This document shows, piece by piece, positions 61,899 through 64,000 of a stretch of DNA of 64,000 nt. The notes under the pieces were generated by a model that did no database searches, was not told where the DNA came from, and saw only the letters and a list, made by a program, of their open reading frames with translations. Both the position numbers and the translations under genes were made by a program. Positions within the stretch are counted from its first letter, which is position 1, and each line of letters starts with the position of its first letter. The DNA is from Spongospora subterranea f. sp. subterranea. Lineage: Eukaryota. The stretch covers positions 186,001 to 250,000 of the forward strand of contig JAUGWO010000107.1 of assembly GCA_049724395.1 (NCBI GenBank), given 5' to 3'.

Positions 61899-62564
61899 CG
61901 ATTGCGATTGTGGTGACGAAGAGCACAGCAGATAACAGTGTGATGGGATGGGTCAAGGGGCTGCACCTCATTCGGTAACCGGTAATGACCCCATGACCCA
62001 TCCCCCATATACAGACTACCTACAGATCACACTAAACCGTGACCAACTACAGTACCATATCGTCTGTAGAACAATATGGGCCAATGACGGGACAGTAACG
62101 TTTGATAGGGAGTTAGCGATACAGTTCATTTAAACACCAGTAGGACATGACACCACAATCGGAAGGACAATGTGCAATTAGGGATTCTCGAGGAGAACAA
62201 ATTAAATCGCCATGACCTACTATTTCAATGATATGATGAGGATATGTATACAATATCTTGAAGGGAATTTCGGGGCAGGAGAATGGACGTAAAGAGATTG
62301 TCTTATTGTGGTGGCGGACGGGCGCACCGGCACTCAGTGCCGTGGGTGGAGCCGTATACTCTAGTGCTCGGGCATTGCCACGAACCTGCCAGGGGCATCG
62401 TCACGAAAGTGCCTGGGGCAATCACGAAGTGCCGGGTAGTTATTTCAGGTGCAGTTTTAAACGAGATAGTGCTTTTTCGAGGAGTTTTGATTGCGCGGTC
62501 TGACGGGTCCGGGTTCGTTGAACAATTTTCAAATAAGCGCGATTCTCTTTTCAGGCATCTGCCG

Positions 62565-62609
62565 TAATCGTGCAATAATAATGCATAGTTGCACTATTAT
62601 GCACGATTA
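62565..62609. repeat. 45-bp near-perfect inverted repeat
   Basis: taatcgtgca-ataata-atgca-tagt-tgcac-tattat-gcacgatta. Confidence 0.85.
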
Positions 62610-62795
62610 AAATGCGCCTGGCACTTTGTTTACCTGACAGGTTTATATATTTCTGTTTTAAGTAAATTTTGGTTGGCGACTCAATTCTCCTGACACAATC
62701 TCATATATTATGGCATCCACCCCCGCACAAGCGATCTCTGTCAATGCATCGCTTTCTGAAATAAAATTTGTGTTTAGGGATTTCGACGTAAAACA

Positions 62796-63608
62796 ATGGC
62801 GAAAAAGCAATCTCAGATGCGTGATTTTTTCAAGCCATCAACATCATCTGTTGATCCAAAACCTAGGCTTAACGGAACTTCAAAAATCAAAGAAGTCGAA
62901 ACTATCTCGATGAACAACCCGATGGAATTGTCTCAAACGAAGTCCAATTCTCTAGGCAAGGCAGCCAACGATCCAGGTCCTGTGCCAGAGCGTCTCGAAT
63001 CTAAACAAGGATTGGACAAGGCAAAAAGAAAAAGCTCAGGACGTTCAAAGAAAAAGGGCAGTGAAGACATTAAAAATGACGTCGAACCCACAGATGAGGA
63101 GTCCGATAGTATTACGAAACCTGTTCCTAAAGTCAAATTACCTAACCCAAAAAAAGGTGCTGCGGTTCAGAAGAAAGGCGTTGCAATCACCAAGAAAGGC
63201 TGTACAAAGGTGTCACAACCAAAGCTAAGAGCTCGGCTAACGATGGGCGGGTCCAGAAAAAAAAAAGCAGGCAACGAAGAATATTACAATGACGATAGCG
63301 TATCGGAAGACAGTTCTGATGACGTTCAAATCACCTCCAAACATGTTAATCGCCGACGAATCACTATCAGTGATGATGAAGATGATGAGCCAACAAAACC
63401 TAAGGAGAAGCCTGTTCGAGATGCGGTCACTGCTACTCAAAAATTGGTCACTGACTACGCTGAACCGATCAAAGGTCCAATTCAACATCCAAAGCCCAAA
63501 CAGACTGCACCTAAAGAGTTCATCTCCAGCAAAGACTTTTTTTCTTCTGTTAAGAGTCGTGGCGCTATTGCACTGTTAGTTTCATCAAACGCTTCGTCAG
63601 CCTATTGA
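62796..63608 (+). CDS. Lys/Asp-rich N-terminal exon, possibly replication factor C subunit 1; downstream exons not identified in the window
   Basis: MRDFFK start, RRRITISDDEDD and SSKDFFSS resemble the disordered RFC1 N-terminus. No BRCT or AAA domain is visible. Confidence 0.4.
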   Translation: MAKKQSQMRDFFKPSTSSVDPKPRLNGTSKIKEVETISMNNPMELSQTKSNSLGKAANDPGPVPERLESKQGLDKAKRKSSGRSKKKGSEDIKNDVEPTDEESDSITKPVPKVKLPNPKKGAAVQKKGVAITKKGCTKVSQPKLRARLTMGGSRKKKAGNEEYYNDDSVSEDSSDDVQITSKHVNRRRITISDDEDDEPTKPKEKPVRDAVTATQKLVTDYAEPIKGPIQHPKPKQTAPKEFISSKDFFSSVKSRGAIALLVSSNASSAY

Positions 63609-64000
63609 TCATGTTTTCAACAGCAAGCCCATAAATGATCCTATCAAGCAAGTTTTTCCTGTTGAAGGTCAAACCGAGGCAGCACTGTAAATCGACACCT
63701 TGTTTTTTGTTCGTTTTTATTCTCATCGATAACGTTCTACAGTTCCATTATTTCTCCTTCTCCCCAGGGTCTCGAAGAAACACCTTCTCAACCATCCATC
63801 AATGGTGCCAATTGTTGCGCGCCTCTTCATTCAGTGTCGGAGCCTGTTTACCAACTGGGCCATCAGATCAATTCGCCATTACACGCTCTCAGGTTTGTCG
63901 CCTTGTTCGTGCCTTTATTGCTTCTAATAATCATTGTTAAGCACTGATAAAAAGAAAAATATCGTATCCATGGATACCTTAGCCGACGCATCGGTCCATA

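Noticed and set aside
5307..63608. DNA repair/replication gene cluster (RFWD3, MCPH1-like, POLD1, Pol X, RFC1-like)
   Set aside because: The genes are scattered among about 25 unrelated housekeeping genes, which is compatible with chance.

Overview
This is eukaryotic nuclear DNA from a compact protist-type genome. It is gene-dense, with many short (about 40-100 nt) GT-AG introns and very short divergent or convergent intergenic gaps. The overall style would fit a rhizarian/plasmodiophorid-like parasite, but that is an impression and cannot be proven from the window. About 30 genes are recognisable by manual splicing. They include DHHC palmitoyltransferase, MoaC, MoaA, Gemin8-like, U2B''/U1A, RFWD3, eIF2D, a Sel1-repeat protein, NHP6-type HMG, G-protein gamma, a CARP-domain protein, VPS8, an LRR protein, WDR55, MCPH1-like, PLAA/Doa1, eIF4G, an EEF1AKMT4-like methyltransferase, DAD1, MATE, POLD1, FNTA, NSUN5, FAM32A-like, a BRCT-Pol X, VIPAS39-like and a probable RFC1 5' end. 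The main accessory block (about 42.6-45.6 kb) is a decayed Mutator-like transposon. It shows FAR1 and DDE motifs, appears to have carried a Ulp1/SUMO-protease domain, and is interrupted by a Ty3/gypsy gag fragment. Other highlights are a candidate multi-stem ncRNA at 57.4 kb, an eIF2D with a duplicated winged-helix domain, and a Pol X with altered lyase and dNTP-contact residues. Gemin8-, VIPAS39- and MCPH1-like genes, best known from animals, are also present. Several +1 homopolymer frameshifts in essential genes probably reflect assembly errors. No rRNA, tRNA or CRISPR was seen. All family assignments come from remembered motifs, not database searches.
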